From the NCBI RefSeq assembly GCF_021545785.1, contig NZ_CP079801.1, positions 2,826,057 to 2,890,056 on the forward strand: a stretch of DNA of 64,000 bases, given 5' to 3'. This stretch comes from Halopseudomonas maritima (GTDB lineage Bacteria > Pseudomonadota > Gammaproteobacteria > Pseudomonadales > Pseudomonadaceae). Below, piece after piece: positions 1 through 9,057 of the stretch; the stretch's first letter is position 1, and every line of letters starts with the position of its first letter. Both the position numbers and the translations under genes were made by a program. Under the pieces are notes generated by a model. That model did no database searches. It had not been told where the DNA came from and worked only from the letters and a program-made list of their open reading frames with translations.

Positions 1-90
1 CCGGCTATTTTCTTGGCCAACGGTGTGATGATCCCGGGCTATCAGCCTGCGGCCCAGTTGGCAGCTATCGCGCTGGAGAATCAGCAGTAA
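1..90 (+). CDS. 3' end of an upstream gene (C-terminal 29 aa, PAIFLANGVMIPGYQPAAQLAAIALENQQ*); possibly the DsbC thiol:disulfide interchange protein, by position upstream of hom
   Basis: Open frame running from the window edge to TAA at 88-90. DsbC assignment rests only on remembered dsbC-hom-thrC synteny in pseudomonads and a short C-terminal resemblance. Confidence 0.35.
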   Translation, partial: PAIFLANGVMIPGYQPAAQLAAIALENQQ

Positions 91-156
91 ACCCGGTGGC
101 GGCCTGTTCGCCATCGTTTTCATGTAATCGACTAACAACCAGGTAGGGACCATAGT

Positions 157-1461
157 TTGAAACCGGTCAAAGTAGGTATTTGTGGATTGGGCACCGTCGG
201 CGGTGGCACCTTCAATGTTCTGCAGCGCAACGCGACGGAGATTGCCCGGCGTGCTGGGCGTGGCATTGAGGTCGCCCAGATTGCAACCCGGCACCCCAAC
301 CCGGCCTGCAACCTGGGCATGACCCCGGTGACCGACGATGTATTCGAACTGGTCAACAACCCCGAGATCGACATCATCGTCGAGCTGATCGGCGGCTACA
401 CGCTGGCCAAGGATGTAGTCCTTAAGGCCATCGAGAACGGCAAGCACGTGGTGACCGCCAACAAGGCGCTGATCGCCGTGCACGGTAACGAGATCTTCTC
501 CGCTGCCAGCGCCAAGGGCGTGATGGTGGCGTTCGAGGCGTCAGTTGCCGGCGGTATCCCGATCATCAAGGCGCTGCGTGAAGGCCTGGCAGCCAACCGT
601 ATCGACTGGGTTGCGGGCATCATCAACGGCACCGGCAACTTTATCCTGACCGAGATGCGCGACAAGGGCCGTACCTTTGATGACGTGCTGGCCGAGGCGC
701 AGGCGCTGGGCTATGCAGAAGCCGATCCGACCTTCGACGTTGAAGGTATCGACGCCGCGCACAAGCTGACCATCCTGGCGTCCATTGCCTTTGGCATTCC
801 GCTGCAGTTTGAAAAGGCCTACACCGAAGGCATCACCAAGCTGACCACCGCTGACGTGAACTACGCTGAAGCGCTGGGCTACCGCATCAAGCATCTGGGT
901 GTGGCGCGCCGCACCGAGAATGGCGTAGAGCTGCGCGTGCACCCGACGCTGATCCCCTCTGACCGCCTGATTGCCAACGTAAACGGCGTGATGAACGCCG
1001 TCATGGTGCAGGGCGATGCTGTTGGGCCGACCCTGTATTACGGCGCTGGTGCCGGCTCCGAGCCGACTGCCTCGGCCGTTGTGGCTGATGTTATCGACGT
1101 GGTCCGCACCCTGACCACTGACCCGACCAACCGCGTACCGCACCTGGCCTTCCAGGCTGACGCGCTGTCGGACCTGCCGGTGCTGCCGGTCGACGAGGTC
1201 AACACCGCCTACTACCTGCGCCTGCACGCCCAGGACCGCCCCGGCGTGTTGGCCAAGGTCGCCAGTATTCTGTCCGAGCGCGGCATCAACATCGAATCCA
1301 TCATGCAGAAAGATGTGGAAGAGCAGGACGGCCTGGTGCCGATGATTCTGCTGACCCACCGCGTGCGCGAGCAGGACATGAATGAAGCCATTGCCGCTCT
1401 GGAAGCACTGGACGACATCGCCGGCCCGCTGATGCGGATCCGCGTGGAACAACTGGATTAA
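157..1461 (+). CDS. hom: homoserine dehydrogenase
   Basis: 434 aa; N-terminal GxGxxG NAD(P) fold (VGICGLGTVGGG); C-terminal ACT-like regulatory region; directly followed by thrC. Confidence 0.95.
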   Translation: MKPVKVGICGLGTVGGGTFNVLQRNATEIARRAGRGIEVAQIATRHPNPACNLGMTPVTDDVFELVNNPEIDIIVELIGGYTLAKDVVLKAIENGKHVVTANKALIAVHGNEIFSAASAKGVMVAFEASVAGGIPIIKALREGLAANRIDWVAGIINGTGNFILTEMRDKGRTFDDVLAEAQALGYAEADPTFDVEGIDAAHKLTILASIAFGIPLQFEKAYTEGITKLTTADVNYAEALGYRIKHLGVARRTENGVELRVHPTLIPSDRLIANVNGVMNAVMVQGDAVGPTLYYGAGAGSEPTASAVVADVIDVVRTLTTDPTNRVPHLAFQADALSDLPVLPVDEVNTAYYLRLHAQDRPGVLAKVASILSERGINIESIMQKDVEEQDGLVPMILLTHRVREQDMNEAIAALEALDDIAGPLMRIRVEQLD

Positions 1462-1466
1462 AACCG

Positions 1467-1552
1467 GGCTGAAGGCTGAAGGCTGAAGGCTGAAAGCGGA
1501 CTGCTTCAAGCCTCAAGCCTCCAGCCTCAAGCCAAAACCTGAAGGGTTTTGC
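1467..1552. repeat. Tandem heptamer repeat block: 4x GGCTGAA (1467-1494), then 4x TCAAGCC/TCCAGCC (1506-1533), then a short AAAACC..GGTTTT hairpin covering the thrC RBS
   Basis: Read directly in the hom-thrC intergenic region. The two heptamer sets are only partly complementary (5/7), forming an imperfect long hairpin. Confidence 0.8.
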
Positions 1553-1553
1553 A

Positions 1554-2963
1554 ATGCGTTATATCAGTACCCGTGGCCAGGCGCCGGCCCTGAATTTTGA
1601 AGACGTTCTGCTGGCTGGTCTGGCGTCTGATGGCGGTTTGTATGTGCCAGAGAGCCTACCGCGCTTCACTCAGGAGCAGATTGCGTCCTGGGCCGGTTTG
1701 CCGTATCACGAGCTGGCGTTCAACGTCATGCGTCCGTTCGTCAGTGGCAGCATTCCGGATGCCGACTTCAAACAGATTCTGCAGGACACCTACGGCGTCT
1801 TTGAGCACAAGGCGGTCGCGCCGCTGCGTCAGCTGGACAGCAACGAGTGGGTGATGGAGCTGTTCCATGGCCCGACCCTGGCGTTCAAGGACTTTGCCCT
1901 GCAGCTGCTGGGGCGTCTGCTCGACTATTTCCTGGTCAAGCGCGGTGAGCGCGTGGTGATCATGGGCGCGACCTCCGGTGACACCGGATCGGCGGCTATT
2001 GAAGGCTGCAAGGCCTGCGAGAACGTCGACATCTTTATCATGCACCCGCACAACCGGGTGTCCGAGGTGCAGCGTCGCCAGATGACCAGTATCCTCGGCG
2101 ACAACATCCATAACATTGCCATCGAAGGTAACTTCGATGACTGCCAGGAGATGGTCAAGGCCAGCTTCGCCGATCAGGGCTTCCTCAAGGGCACCCGTCT
2201 GGTTGCGGTCAACTCGATTAACTGGGCGCGCATCATGGCGCAGATCGTCTACTACTTCCACGCTGCCCTGCAGCTGGGTGGTCCGGCCCGTTCCATGGCG
2301 TTCTCCGTGCCAACCGGCAACTTTGGCGACATCTTTGCCGGTTACCTGGCGCGCAACATGGGTCTGCCGATCAGTCAGCTGATCGTTGCCACCAACCGCA
2401 ACGACATCCTGCATCGCTTCATGAGCGGTAACCAGTACGACAAGGACACCCTGCACCCGTCGCTGTCGCCGTCGATGGATATCATGGTGTCGTCCAACTT
2501 CGAGCGCCTGCTGTTTGACCTGCACGGTCGCAACGGCCGCTTGGTATCCGAGCTGATGGACGCCTTCAAGGTCAGCGGCAAGCTGTCTGTTGAGGATGAT
2601 CGCTGGACCGAAGCGCGCAAACTGTTCGACTCGCTGGCGGTTGACGACGAAGGCACCTGCGCGACCATCGCCCAGGTATTCGAGCAGTGCGGCGAAGTAC
2701 TGGACCCGCACACCGCTATTGGCGTGCGCGCAGCCCGTGAGTGCCGTCGTTCGCTGTCGACGCCGATGATCACCCTGGGCACCGCCCACCCGGTCAAGTT
2801 CCCGGATGCGGTTCGTCAGGCGGGTGTCGGTGAAGCGCTGCATCTGCCGGCGCACCTGAGTGACCTGTTCGAGCGCGAAGAGCGTATGACCGTGCTGCCG
2901 AACAGCCTGGCTGACGTGCAAGCCTTTGTTGCCGCCCATGGCAACCGCGGCAAGCCGCTCTAA
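1554..2963 (+). CDS. thrC: threonine synthase
   Basis: 469 aa; MRYISTRGQAP...LYVPE start typical of long-form threonine synthase; PLP-fold; hom-thrC order. Confidence 0.95.
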   Translation: MRYISTRGQAPALNFEDVLLAGLASDGGLYVPESLPRFTQEQIASWAGLPYHELAFNVMRPFVSGSIPDADFKQILQDTYGVFEHKAVAPLRQLDSNEWVMELFHGPTLAFKDFALQLLGRLLDYFLVKRGERVVIMGATSGDTGSAAIEGCKACENVDIFIMHPHNRVSEVQRRQMTSILGDNIHNIAIEGNFDDCQEMVKASFADQGFLKGTRLVAVNSINWARIMAQIVYYFHAALQLGGPARSMAFSVPTGNFGDIFAGYLARNMGLPISQLIVATNRNDILHRFMSGNQYDKDTLHPSLSPSMDIMVSSNFERLLFDLHGRNGRLVSELMDAFKVSGKLSVEDDRWTEARKLFDSLAVDDEGTCATIAQVFEQCGEVLDPHTAIGVRAARECRRSLSTPMITLGTAHPVKFPDAVRQAGVGEALHLPAHLSDLFEREERMTVLPNSLADVQAFVAAHGNRGKPL

Positions 2964-2977
2964 GCTGAGCTGCTGAC

Positions 2978-3010
2978 ACAACAACGGCGCCCTTGGGCGC
3001 CGTTGTTGTT
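2978..3010. terminator. Bidirectional intrinsic terminator between convergent thrC and ohr
   Basis: Perfect 14-15 bp GC-rich stem (ACAACAACGGCGCCC / GGGCGCCGTTGTTGT) with a 2-4 nt loop; TTGTGTTT follows on the + strand and TGT/AGC-rich sequence on the other side. Confidence 0.75.
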
Positions 3011-3015
3011 TGTGT

Positions 3016-3444
3016 TTACTCGACCCGAGTCAGGGTCACATCAATGTTGCCGCGGGTAGCGTTGGAGTAGGGGCAGACCTGATGCGCCGAGTCGATCAGC
3101 TGTTTGGCCTGATCGGCGTTCATACCGGGCAGGCTGACGCGCAATTCGACTTCAATACCAAAACCCTGCGGAATCTGGCCAATGCCCACCACGCCCTCAA
3201 CGGAGGCATCAGCGGGCATGGGTAGCTTGTCGCGGCCAGCAACAAATTTCATCGCACCGATAAAACAGGCGGAATACCCTGCAGCAAACAGCTGTTCAGG
3301 ATTGGTGCCCTGACCACCGGCGCCGCCTAGCTCTTTCGGGGTGGTCAACTCGATATCCAGTATGCCGTCGGAGGAAATGGCACGGCCATCACGGCCGCCA
3401 GTGGCTTCTGCATAGGCGCGATAAACAACGTTCTCGATACTCAT
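3016..3444 (-). CDS. ohr: organic hydroperoxide resistance protein (OsmC/Ohr family)
   Basis: 142 aa from ATG 3444, which has an AGGAG SD. Shows the conserved [16 protein letters not shown] and the two-cysteine Ohr signature. The ORF-track N-terminal extension is rejected. Confidence 0.85.
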   Translation of the reverse strand: MSIENVVYRAYAEATGGRDGRAISSDGILDIELTTPKELGGAGGQGTNPEQLFAAGYSACFIGAMKFVAGRDKLPMPADASVEGVVGIGQIPQGFGIEVELRVSLPGMNADQAKQLIDSAHQVCPYSNATRGNIDVTLTRVE

Positions 3445-3469
3445 GACTGATCTCCTGTTGTGGTATTTA

Positions 3470-3522
3470 GATTGTGTGCAATCTATGTGGGTCACTATAG
3501 CGTAAAGTTGATTGTGTGCAAT
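3470..3522. promoter_or_regulatory. Two 13-bp direct repeats GATTGTGTGCAAT (3470-3482 and 3510-3522) in the divergent ohr / DMT-transporter promoter region
   Basis: Exact repeat seen in sequence, spaced 40 bp, in an AT-rich patch. Each contains the small dyad ATTG-N4-CAAT. No ohrR gene is adjacent. Confidence 0.5.
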
Positions 3523-3596
3523 TTATTTTTCCGGCGCAGCCGACCGGCGGTGCTCGGGTTATACTCGCGACCCTCGATGTGACCCTAGGATCTCGG

Positions 3597-4472
3597 ATGC
3601 CATATCTTGTTGCGGTAACCCTGTTGTGGGCGGTGTCATTCAGTCTGATCGGCGAGTATCTGGCGGGGCAGGTGGACAGCTATTTTGCGGTGCTGACCCG
3701 AGCCCTGCTGGCCGGCCTGCTGTTTCTGCCGCTGCTGCGCCTGCGGCTGCTGCCGCGCCCGGTAGTGCCGGGGCTGCTGGTGGTGGGCGCGCTGCAGTTT
3801 GGCGTTACCTATATCTGCCTGTACCAGTCATTCGAGTACATCTCGGTGCCCGAGGTGCTGCTGTTCACCATCTTCACGCCCCTGCATGTCGCGCTTATTG
3901 ATGATCTGTTGAACCGCCGCTTCAGCAGTGGCCCGCTGGTGGCTGCCGCTATCGCGGTGGTGGGCGCGGGCATCATCCGCTACGACGGTTTGAGCGACAG
4001 CTTTATTCGCGGCTTTCTGATCCTGCAGCTGGCCAACTTTACCTTCGCCGCCGGGCAGGTGGGCTACGCCCATCTGGTGCGTCGTTATGAGCTAACCTCA
4101 ACCCAGCAGTGGCGCGGCTTTGGCTTGTTTTTCATCGGCGCACTGATGGTGATGCTGCCGGCCTGGCTGCTGTTGGGCAACCCGGAACGGCTGCCGCACA
4201 CCGCGTTGCAGTGGTCGGTGCTGGCCTGGCTGGGGCTGGTGGCGTCTGGGCTGGGCTTTCTGTTCTGGAACCGCGGCGCCGCGCAGGTGGATGCCGGCAC
4301 CCTCGGTATTATGAACAACGCGCTGGTGCCGGCGGGGCTGCTGGTCAACCTGCTGATCTGGAACCGCGAGGCGGATCTGCTGCGTCTGGCTGCTGGCTCG
4401 GCGGTGCTTGGCCTGTCTCTGTGGGTCAACGCGCGCTGGCCGCACTGGTTTGCACGGCCGGTGCAGGGCTGA
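3597..4472 (+). CDS. DMT-superfamily (EamA-like) transporter
   Basis: 291 aa from ATG 3597 (MPYLVAVTLLWAVSFSL); about 10 predicted TM helices; duplicated EamA-like halves. The GTG 3516 extension overlaps the repeats and is rejected. Confidence 0.75.
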   Translation: MPYLVAVTLLWAVSFSLIGEYLAGQVDSYFAVLTRALLAGLLFLPLLRLRLLPRPVVPGLLVVGALQFGVTYICLYQSFEYISVPEVLLFTIFTPLHVALIDDLLNRRFSSGPLVAAAIAVVGAGIIRYDGLSDSFIRGFLILQLANFTFAAGQVGYAHLVRRYELTSTQQWRGFGLFFIGALMVMLPAWLLLGNPERLPHTALQWSVLAWLGLVASGLGFLFWNRGAAQVDAGTLGIMNNALVPAGLLVNLLIWNREADLLRLAAGSAVLGLSLWVNARWPHWFARPVQG

Positions 4473-5372
4473 TCAGAGCGGCCCGGCGAAGGTATCGCAG
4501 GCGCCGATGTCGCCGGACTCAAAGCCGCGCTTGAACCACTTGACCCGCTGCGCCGAGGTGCCGTGGGTAAAGCTGTCGGGCACCACATCCTGTCCGGCAC
4601 GGCGCTGCAGGCGGTCATCACCGATCGCGCTGGCGGCGGTGAGGGCTTCATCCAGGTCGTCCGGGTCGAGCATCTGCCGCTGGGTGTTGGCGGCGTGGCC
4701 CCAAAGCCCGGCAAAGCAGTCTGCCTGTAGCTCCTGGCGCACCGACAGCGCGTTGACCTCAGCCTGACTCCGGCCAGCACCGGCCTGACGCACCTTCTGG
4801 CTGATGCCCAGCAGCGTTTGCACATGGTGACCGACCTCATGGGCCACCACGTAAGCCTGGGCGAAGTCGCCGGGGGCGCCAAGCTGCTGTTTCATGTCAT
4901 TGAAAAAGGACAGGTCCAGATACACCTGCTGGTCGCCGGGGCAGTAGAACGGGCCGACTGCAGAGCTGGCGGTGCCACAGGCAGACTGCACGCGGTTGGA
5001 AAACAGCACCAGGGTGGGTTCCTGATACTGCCGTCCGATGCTCTGGAATAGTTGATGCCAGGTGGTTTCGGTGTCAGCCAGCACTACGCTGACAAACTCG
5101 CTCAGCTCTTGCTCGGCGGGCGACAGTGGGCGTTGTTGTTGCTGGGTCACGGCTTGTCCGCCGCCCAGCAGCATCGGCAGCAGGTCAATGCCGAGCATCT
5201 TGCCACCCAGTACTGCCAGTACGCCGATACCCAGTATCCAGCGCCCGGCGCGCGTACCCAGCAGCATCGGAATAAAACGCAGTAGCAGCGCGCCGCCAAC
5301 GCCGGCACTGGCGGTGTTGTCACCGCGACGATCCTCGATATTGCTGCTGCGCCGTCTGCCTCGCCAGTCCAT
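4473..5372 (-). CDS. ypfJ: YpfJ-family putative neutral zinc metallopeptidase
   Basis: 299 aa; HEVGHH zinc motif; FYCPGDQQVYLDLSFF block typical of YpfJ/DUF; N-terminal TM anchor. Confidence 0.8.
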   Translation of the reverse strand: MDWRGRRRSSNIEDRRGDNTASAGVGGALLLRFIPMLLGTRAGRWILGIGVLAVLGGKMLGIDLLPMLLGGGQAVTQQQQRPLSPAEQELSEFVSVVLADTETTWHQLFQSIGRQYQEPTLVLFSNRVQSACGTASSAVGPFYCPGDQQVYLDLSFFNDMKQQLGAPGDFAQAYVVAHEVGHHVQTLLGISQKVRQAGAGRSQAEVNALSVRQELQADCFAGLWGHAANTQRQMLDPDDLDEALTAASAIGDDRLQRRAGQDVVPDSFTHGTSAQRVKWFKRGFESGDIGACDTFAGPL

Positions 5373-5393
5373 GTAGCCTCTCTCCTTGCGTTG

Positions 5394-6197
5394 TCAGACG
5401 TCCAGATGACGCCTGCCGTAGACCTTGATAAACAAGCGGATGATACGCCGCTTGCAGTGACCTTTGCGCTTTTCCAGCCGCTCGGCAAGCGCCTCGCTCT
5501 GCTGGTCCGGTGCCAGTGTTTGCAGTTGCGCCGCCAGGTTGCACAGGTCTTGCAGTTGGCCCAGCTGTTCACCTAACCGGGCTAGCGCCTGCATTTCGCT
5601 GCTCGCTGGCAGCCTGCTGTCATGCAGTTGCTCGAGCTGGTAGAGGTAGTACTTGGTCCACTTGCGGCAACGGTGAAAGAGCGCGTCCTGATCACTGTTG
5701 CAGGCGCGGCGCGCCAGTGCGCGAGCGCGTTTTCGGGTGCGTATCAGCCCTGCTGCCCAGTCGTCACGCACTCCGCTGTCGCAGTGCGGCCAGTCGTTCA
5801 GGACGCTGGCAAAGGCGGCGATGAGGCGTTCGTTGTTGTCGGCGCTGAGGCTGTGGTTGGCTGGGGATAACAGCAGTTGGCTGTTCAGCGCGGGGCTTAG
5901 GGGGCGCTCGAGTTCACGGGCCAACTGGCTGATCAGTTGCTGTTGTACATGCAGGTCGCGGCGTCCGGCCAGGGATTTGGCAGTCAGGCGCAGCTGCTGA
6001 TCCAGCCGGCGTAGGCGTTGAAGGCCGCTGTATGGGCGATAGAGCTGCAGCAGAGCGCGCAGACGTTTGCAGCACACGCGTAGCTGATGCACGGCGTCAG
6101 CGTCGGGTGGTGCACCGTCGACAATTGGCAGCAGAGCGCGGCGCGCGCGCTGGCGGGCCGCCTGATACAGCGGGTCGGCGTCAGGTTTGAGCGTCAT
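5394..6197 (-). CDS. CHAD domain-containing protein
   Basis: 267 aa, all-helical, conserved His/Arg pattern of CHAD domains (HQLRVCCKRLRALLQLY...). Confidence 0.6.
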   Translation of the reverse strand: MTLKPDADPLYQAARQRARRALLPIVDGAPPDADAVHQLRVCCKRLRALLQLYRPYSGLQRLRRLDQQLRLTAKSLAGRRDLHVQQQLISQLARELERPLSPALNSQLLLSPANHSLSADNNERLIAAFASVLNDWPHCDSGVRDDWAAGLIRTRKRARALARRACNSDQDALFHRCRKWTKYYLYQLEQLHDSRLPASSEMQALARLGEQLGQLQDLCNLAAQLQTLAPDQQSEALAERLEKRKGHCKRRIIRLFIKVYGRRHLDV

Positions 6198-6239
6198 CAG
6201 ACGAGTGTAGGTCAGCTACTGCGGTGCGGGAAGGGGCGC

Positions 6240-7055
6240 TCAGCCAAATGCCGCCACAACGCTGTCCTTGAGTTCGGCCCGGTAGGCGAGCCCCAGCTGG
6301 CGATGGCGCAGCGTCTCGGGCACCAGGCCGCGCAGTGAGTGGCTATCAACGGCGGGACTGAGCAGGTCGATGTCGTCACTGACGGCCATCACCGTTGCCC
6401 CCTGGCGGTGCTGTACCAGGCTCAGGGCCAGGTCTTCGGTATCCACCTGCAGGCTGGCGTGGTCGGCCAGTTCTGGCAGGCGCTCAAGGAAGGCACTGCG
6501 TAGCTCGCAATCGAGCCGGTCGATCCACGGGTAGCGGGTGGCTTGCTCCAGCTCAAGGGGCTGATTGAGGGACCAGCCGCGCGGCAGCAGCAGACGGTAC
6601 TCCTGTTCGAGCAGTGCGATAAAGTGATAGCCCTCGGGTACCTGGCGTTCGCTCAGCAGCCACAGGTCTGCCGGTTGCGTGGGTTGGGTGCGTACCTGGA
6701 GGCGATAATCCTGCAGTCGTCCTGCGGTCAGCTGCAGCAGGTAGCCGCTATCGCGGCTGGCCAGGCTGGAGTCGATGCCGACCGAGAGCCGCGGGCGCTC
6801 CACCCGCTTGAAGCGCTGCTCCATCTCACCGGCGTTGCCCAGCAGACGCACGGCCTCCTGATAGAACGCCTCACCGTCCGGCGTCAGCGTGACGCCCTTC
6901 TTGCCGCGGCTGAACAGGCGCAGGGCAAACTCCTGCTCCAGCTGGGCGACAGCATTGGAGATGGAGGGCTGAGCCACGTGGCAGCGTTCGGCTGCGGCGG
7001 TCAGGCTGCCCGCTTCTGCGGCGGCGCAGAAATAGCGCAGGCTGCGCAGGTCCAT
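6240..7055 (-). CDS. LysR-family transcriptional regulator
   Basis: N-terminal HTH MDLRSLRYFCAAAEAGSLTAAAERCHVAQPSISNAVAQLE; the rest is an LTTR substrate-binding domain. Confidence 0.9.
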   Translation of the reverse strand: MDLRSLRYFCAAAEAGSLTAAAERCHVAQPSISNAVAQLEQEFALRLFSRGKKGVTLTPDGEAFYQEAVRLLGNAGEMEQRFKRVERPRLSVGIDSSLASRDSGYLLQLTAGRLQDYRLQVRTQPTQPADLWLLSERQVPEGYHFIALLEQEYRLLLPRGWSLNQPLELEQATRYPWIDRLDCELRSAFLERLPELADHASLQVDTEDLALSLVQHRQGATVMAVSDDIDLLSPAVDSHSLRGLVPETLRHRQLGLAYRAELKDSVVAAFG

Positions 7056-7057
7056 GG

Positions 7058-7954
7058 TTACTCCTCAAAGTCAGGGAAATGCGCCAGCCCTGCGGCCACC
7101 ACTTCGTCGTGCGCGGGCACGATCAGCAGCTCCGGGTCCCGCTGGTGCAACTCGTGGATACGCTTGAGTTGTTCACTGTTGCGCTCACGGTCGCTGTCGA
7201 CATGGGATATCCATTGCACGAAGACCGGGCGCGGCTTGTTCTGCTCGACGCCGCGCTCGGTCCAGCTGGTATCGCCAATCAGAAACAGGCGCTTACCCGA
7301 GGGCAGGTTGACGAATAGGCCAACCTGACCTGCGGTATGACCGCTCAGGTCAACCAGCACTATCTGACCATCGCCAAACAGATCGAGACTGCGGTCAAAC
7401 CCCTGATAGGGCGCGTCATCGAGTGTTATCTGCCGCCACTCGCGTTCGCCTTCGAACTGCTCGGCGAGAAAGGCGGGCGGCTCGCCGTGGGTCTTGGCCT
7501 CCTCCAGCGCACCAGGCAGGATCAGCACCGGCAAGCCGGGAAAGTCCGGCAGGCCGCCCAGATGATCCCAGTGCAGGTGGCTGGGCAGAATAAAGTCGAT
7601 ATCACTGGCCTGATAGCCGGCTGCTTGCAGCTGATCACGCGCGGGGTTCAGGTTCTCGTAGGCGAGCAGTGTGCGGTTGAGCCAATTGTTGCGCGCGAAG
7701 GCCTTTGCGGTTTCATGGCTCAGGCCGGTGTCGAACAGAAAGCGCCCCTGCGGGTGCTCTATCAGTACCGCCGCATGCAGCAGATGCCGCTGGGTACCCC
7801 AGCGCCCACCGCTGACGACCATGGCCTCGGCGGCGCCGCTGGAGCTGGCAGTGGGGATTAGGGACAGACGCAGTTGGTCGGCGGTGGGGGCGGCGCTTAA
7901 CAGGCTGCTGCAGGCGAGTAGCAGGGGGGCGGCAAACAAGGCAAGGGGCTTCAT
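7058..7954 (-). CDS. MBL-fold metallo-hydrolase, exported (signal peptide)
   Basis: 298 aa; N-terminal signal peptide; HLHWDH metal-binding motif (HxHxDH); stop is 3 bp from the LysR start, implying an operon. Confidence 0.8.
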   Translation of the reverse strand: MKPLALFAAPLLLACSSLLSAAPTADQLRLSLIPTASSSGAAEAMVVSGGRWGTQRHLLHAAVLIEHPQGRFLFDTGLSHETAKAFARNNWLNRTLLAYENLNPARDQLQAAGYQASDIDFILPSHLHWDHLGGLPDFPGLPVLILPGALEEAKTHGEPPAFLAEQFEGEREWRQITLDDAPYQGFDRSLDLFGDGQIVLVDLSGHTAGQVGLFVNLPSGKRLFLIGDTSWTERGVEQNKPRPVFVQWISHVDSDRERNSEQLKRIHELHQRDPELLIVPAHDEVVAAGLAHFPDFEE

Positions 7955-7996
7955 GGGATGGCTCCGATTGGGTGAGGGCCCACTGTGGCATCCGCT

Positions 7997-8019
7997 GAAG
8001 AATAGATTAAATATTCTTT
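7997..8019. promoter_or_regulatory. AT-rich dyad GAAGAATA-N7-TATTCTTT upstream of the MBL-hydrolase/LysR operon
   Basis: 7/8 inverted repeat in a locally AT-rich promoter region (GAAGAATAGATTAAATATTCTTTATT); possible regulator site. Confidence 0.4.
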
Positions 8020-8051
8020 ATTGGTAGCTGTGCAATAAAAACGTTATGGAA

Positions 8052-8071
8052 GGGGCGGCCGCAGCCGCCCC
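8052..8071 (-). terminator. Hairpin terminator downstream of the PspA-like gene
   Basis: GGGGCGGC-CGCA-GCCGCCCC perfect 8-bp stem; on the minus-strand transcript a U-containing tract follows a few nt later. Confidence 0.5.
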
Positions 8072-8083
8072 TGGTGTGTTGCC

Positions 8084-8782
8084 TTATGCCTCAGCGCCGT
8101 TGTTGGCCCGTAGTCTGGCCAGCACGCTGTTGGCGTCGGTCTTGCCGGTAGCGATGCCGGCGCGTTGCAGACGCTGGTCCAAGGCGCTGCCGTCGTCTTC
8201 ATCCTGCAGCTGCTGCAGGGCGGCGCCAACGTCGCTGGCGTTGTCCTGGCGCTGGCGAATGCGCTCCAGAGAGCTGGCCAGGTCGCCCATGTGTGCCTGC
8301 AAGCCGCGGGTCTGCTGGCCCAGGTTGCCCATCAGGCGCTCGGCGCTGCGGTTGGCGCGGGCCAGTTGCAGCTCGCGGCGATACTGCTGGTGCAGCTGCG
8401 CGGCGCGGCGCAACTGCTCGCGCAGCGTTGCCTCCTGGCGCTCCAGCTGCTCGGCGTGCTGGCGTTGCTGCTGCAACTGGTTCTCCTGTGCGGCGATCCA
8501 TTCGGCCAGTTCGTAGGCCAGCCCGGACTCGTCGCGTTCAAGCGCCTGACGGGCCTGCTCTTCGCGCTGCTGCAGCTCGTCGCTGAGCTGCTGGTTGCTG
8601 CGTTGCAGCTGTTTGATGGTAGCCATCAGGCCGGCCAGCTCACGCTTGGCCAGCAGCATGGCGTTTTCGGTGTCGCGCAGTTCCTGCTCCATGATGCGCA
8701 GGGCGTTGGCGTCGACCAGTTGCTCAAGTGGCTCGTGCGCGCTGGCGCGGAACAGGGTGCCTACTTTTCTCCAGAGTGTCAT
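8084..8782 (-). CDS. PspA/IM30-family protein (ESCRT-III-like), copy 1
   Basis: 232 aa, fully coiled-coil; N-terminal MTLWRKVGTLFRA...LEQ typical of PspA/Vipp1/YjfJ; GGAG SD; 5 bp after the YiaAB-like gene. Confidence 0.85.
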   Translation of the reverse strand: MTLWRKVGTLFRASAHEPLEQLVDANALRIMEQELRDTENAMLLAKRELAGLMATIKQLQRSNQQLSDELQQREEQARQALERDESGLAYELAEWIAAQENQLQQQRQHAEQLERQEATLREQLRRAAQLHQQYRRELQLARANRSAERLMGNLGQQTRGLQAHMGDLASSLERIRQRQDNASDVGAALQQLQDEDDGSALDQRLQRAGIATGKTDANSVLARLRANNGAEA

Positions 8783-8787
8783 GGCGG

Positions 8788-9057
8788 TTACTCCGTATAT
8801 TCTTTCAGCAGTTGTTGGGCGCGGGCTTCAGACAGGCGGTTATGGATACGCTTGCCTTCGTGTTCGTCCCGCATGGTTTTCGACAGGGTGATGGTGGTGC
8901 TGACCAGAAACAGCGCGCAGACCGACATGTAGCCTTTGACCAGCAGGTCGGTGGGCGAGAAGATGACGCCCGCGCCGGTCGCCAGCAGGGCTATCGCAAA
9001 GGATGCCTTGACGAAGAAAATCCAGCCTGAGGAGTTGCTGTTGATCTCGTTATCCAT
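8788..9057 (-). CDS. YiaA/B two-helix membrane protein family
   Basis: 89 aa; two TM helices; translationally close-coupled just upstream of PspA copy 1; GGAGG SD. Confidence 0.55.
   Translation of the reverse strand: MDNEINSNSSGWIFFVKASFAIALLATGAGVIFSPTDLLVKGYMSVCALFLVSTTITLSKTMRDEHEGKRIHNRLSEARAQQLLKEYTE

Noticed and set aside
541-1509. Long antisense ORFs opposite well-supported genes (e.g. 541-1509-, 1656-2984-, 16093-17700-, 20116-21480-, 30935-33052-, 36732-38549-, 43468-45021-, 46356-48284-)
   Set aside because: Typical open antisense frames of 65% GC DNA. Each lies fully inside a gene with strong family signatures on the opposite strand and shows Arg/Ala/Gly-rich low-complexity translations
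3516-3596. N-terminal extensions proposed by the ORF track for several genes (DMT 3516, ohr 3495, yebC 11903, DUF4399 14798, gabD 14989, CoA-transferase 24178, yaeQ 38931, transposase 41814, lysS 46737, QEGLA 48430, sdhE 53611, nadB 56006, lepA 60613)
   Set aside because: Extensions start at GTG/TTG without an SD, run through promoter or repeat sequence, and downstream ATG/GTG codons have good SDs and match conserved family N-termini
8046-8932. Plus-strand ORFs (156 aa, 255 aa, 97 aa) overlapping the PspA copy-1 gene
   Set aside because: Low-complexity Ala/Leu/Gln repeats mirroring the coiled-coil codons of pspA; no start context; the PspA call on the minus strand is far better supported
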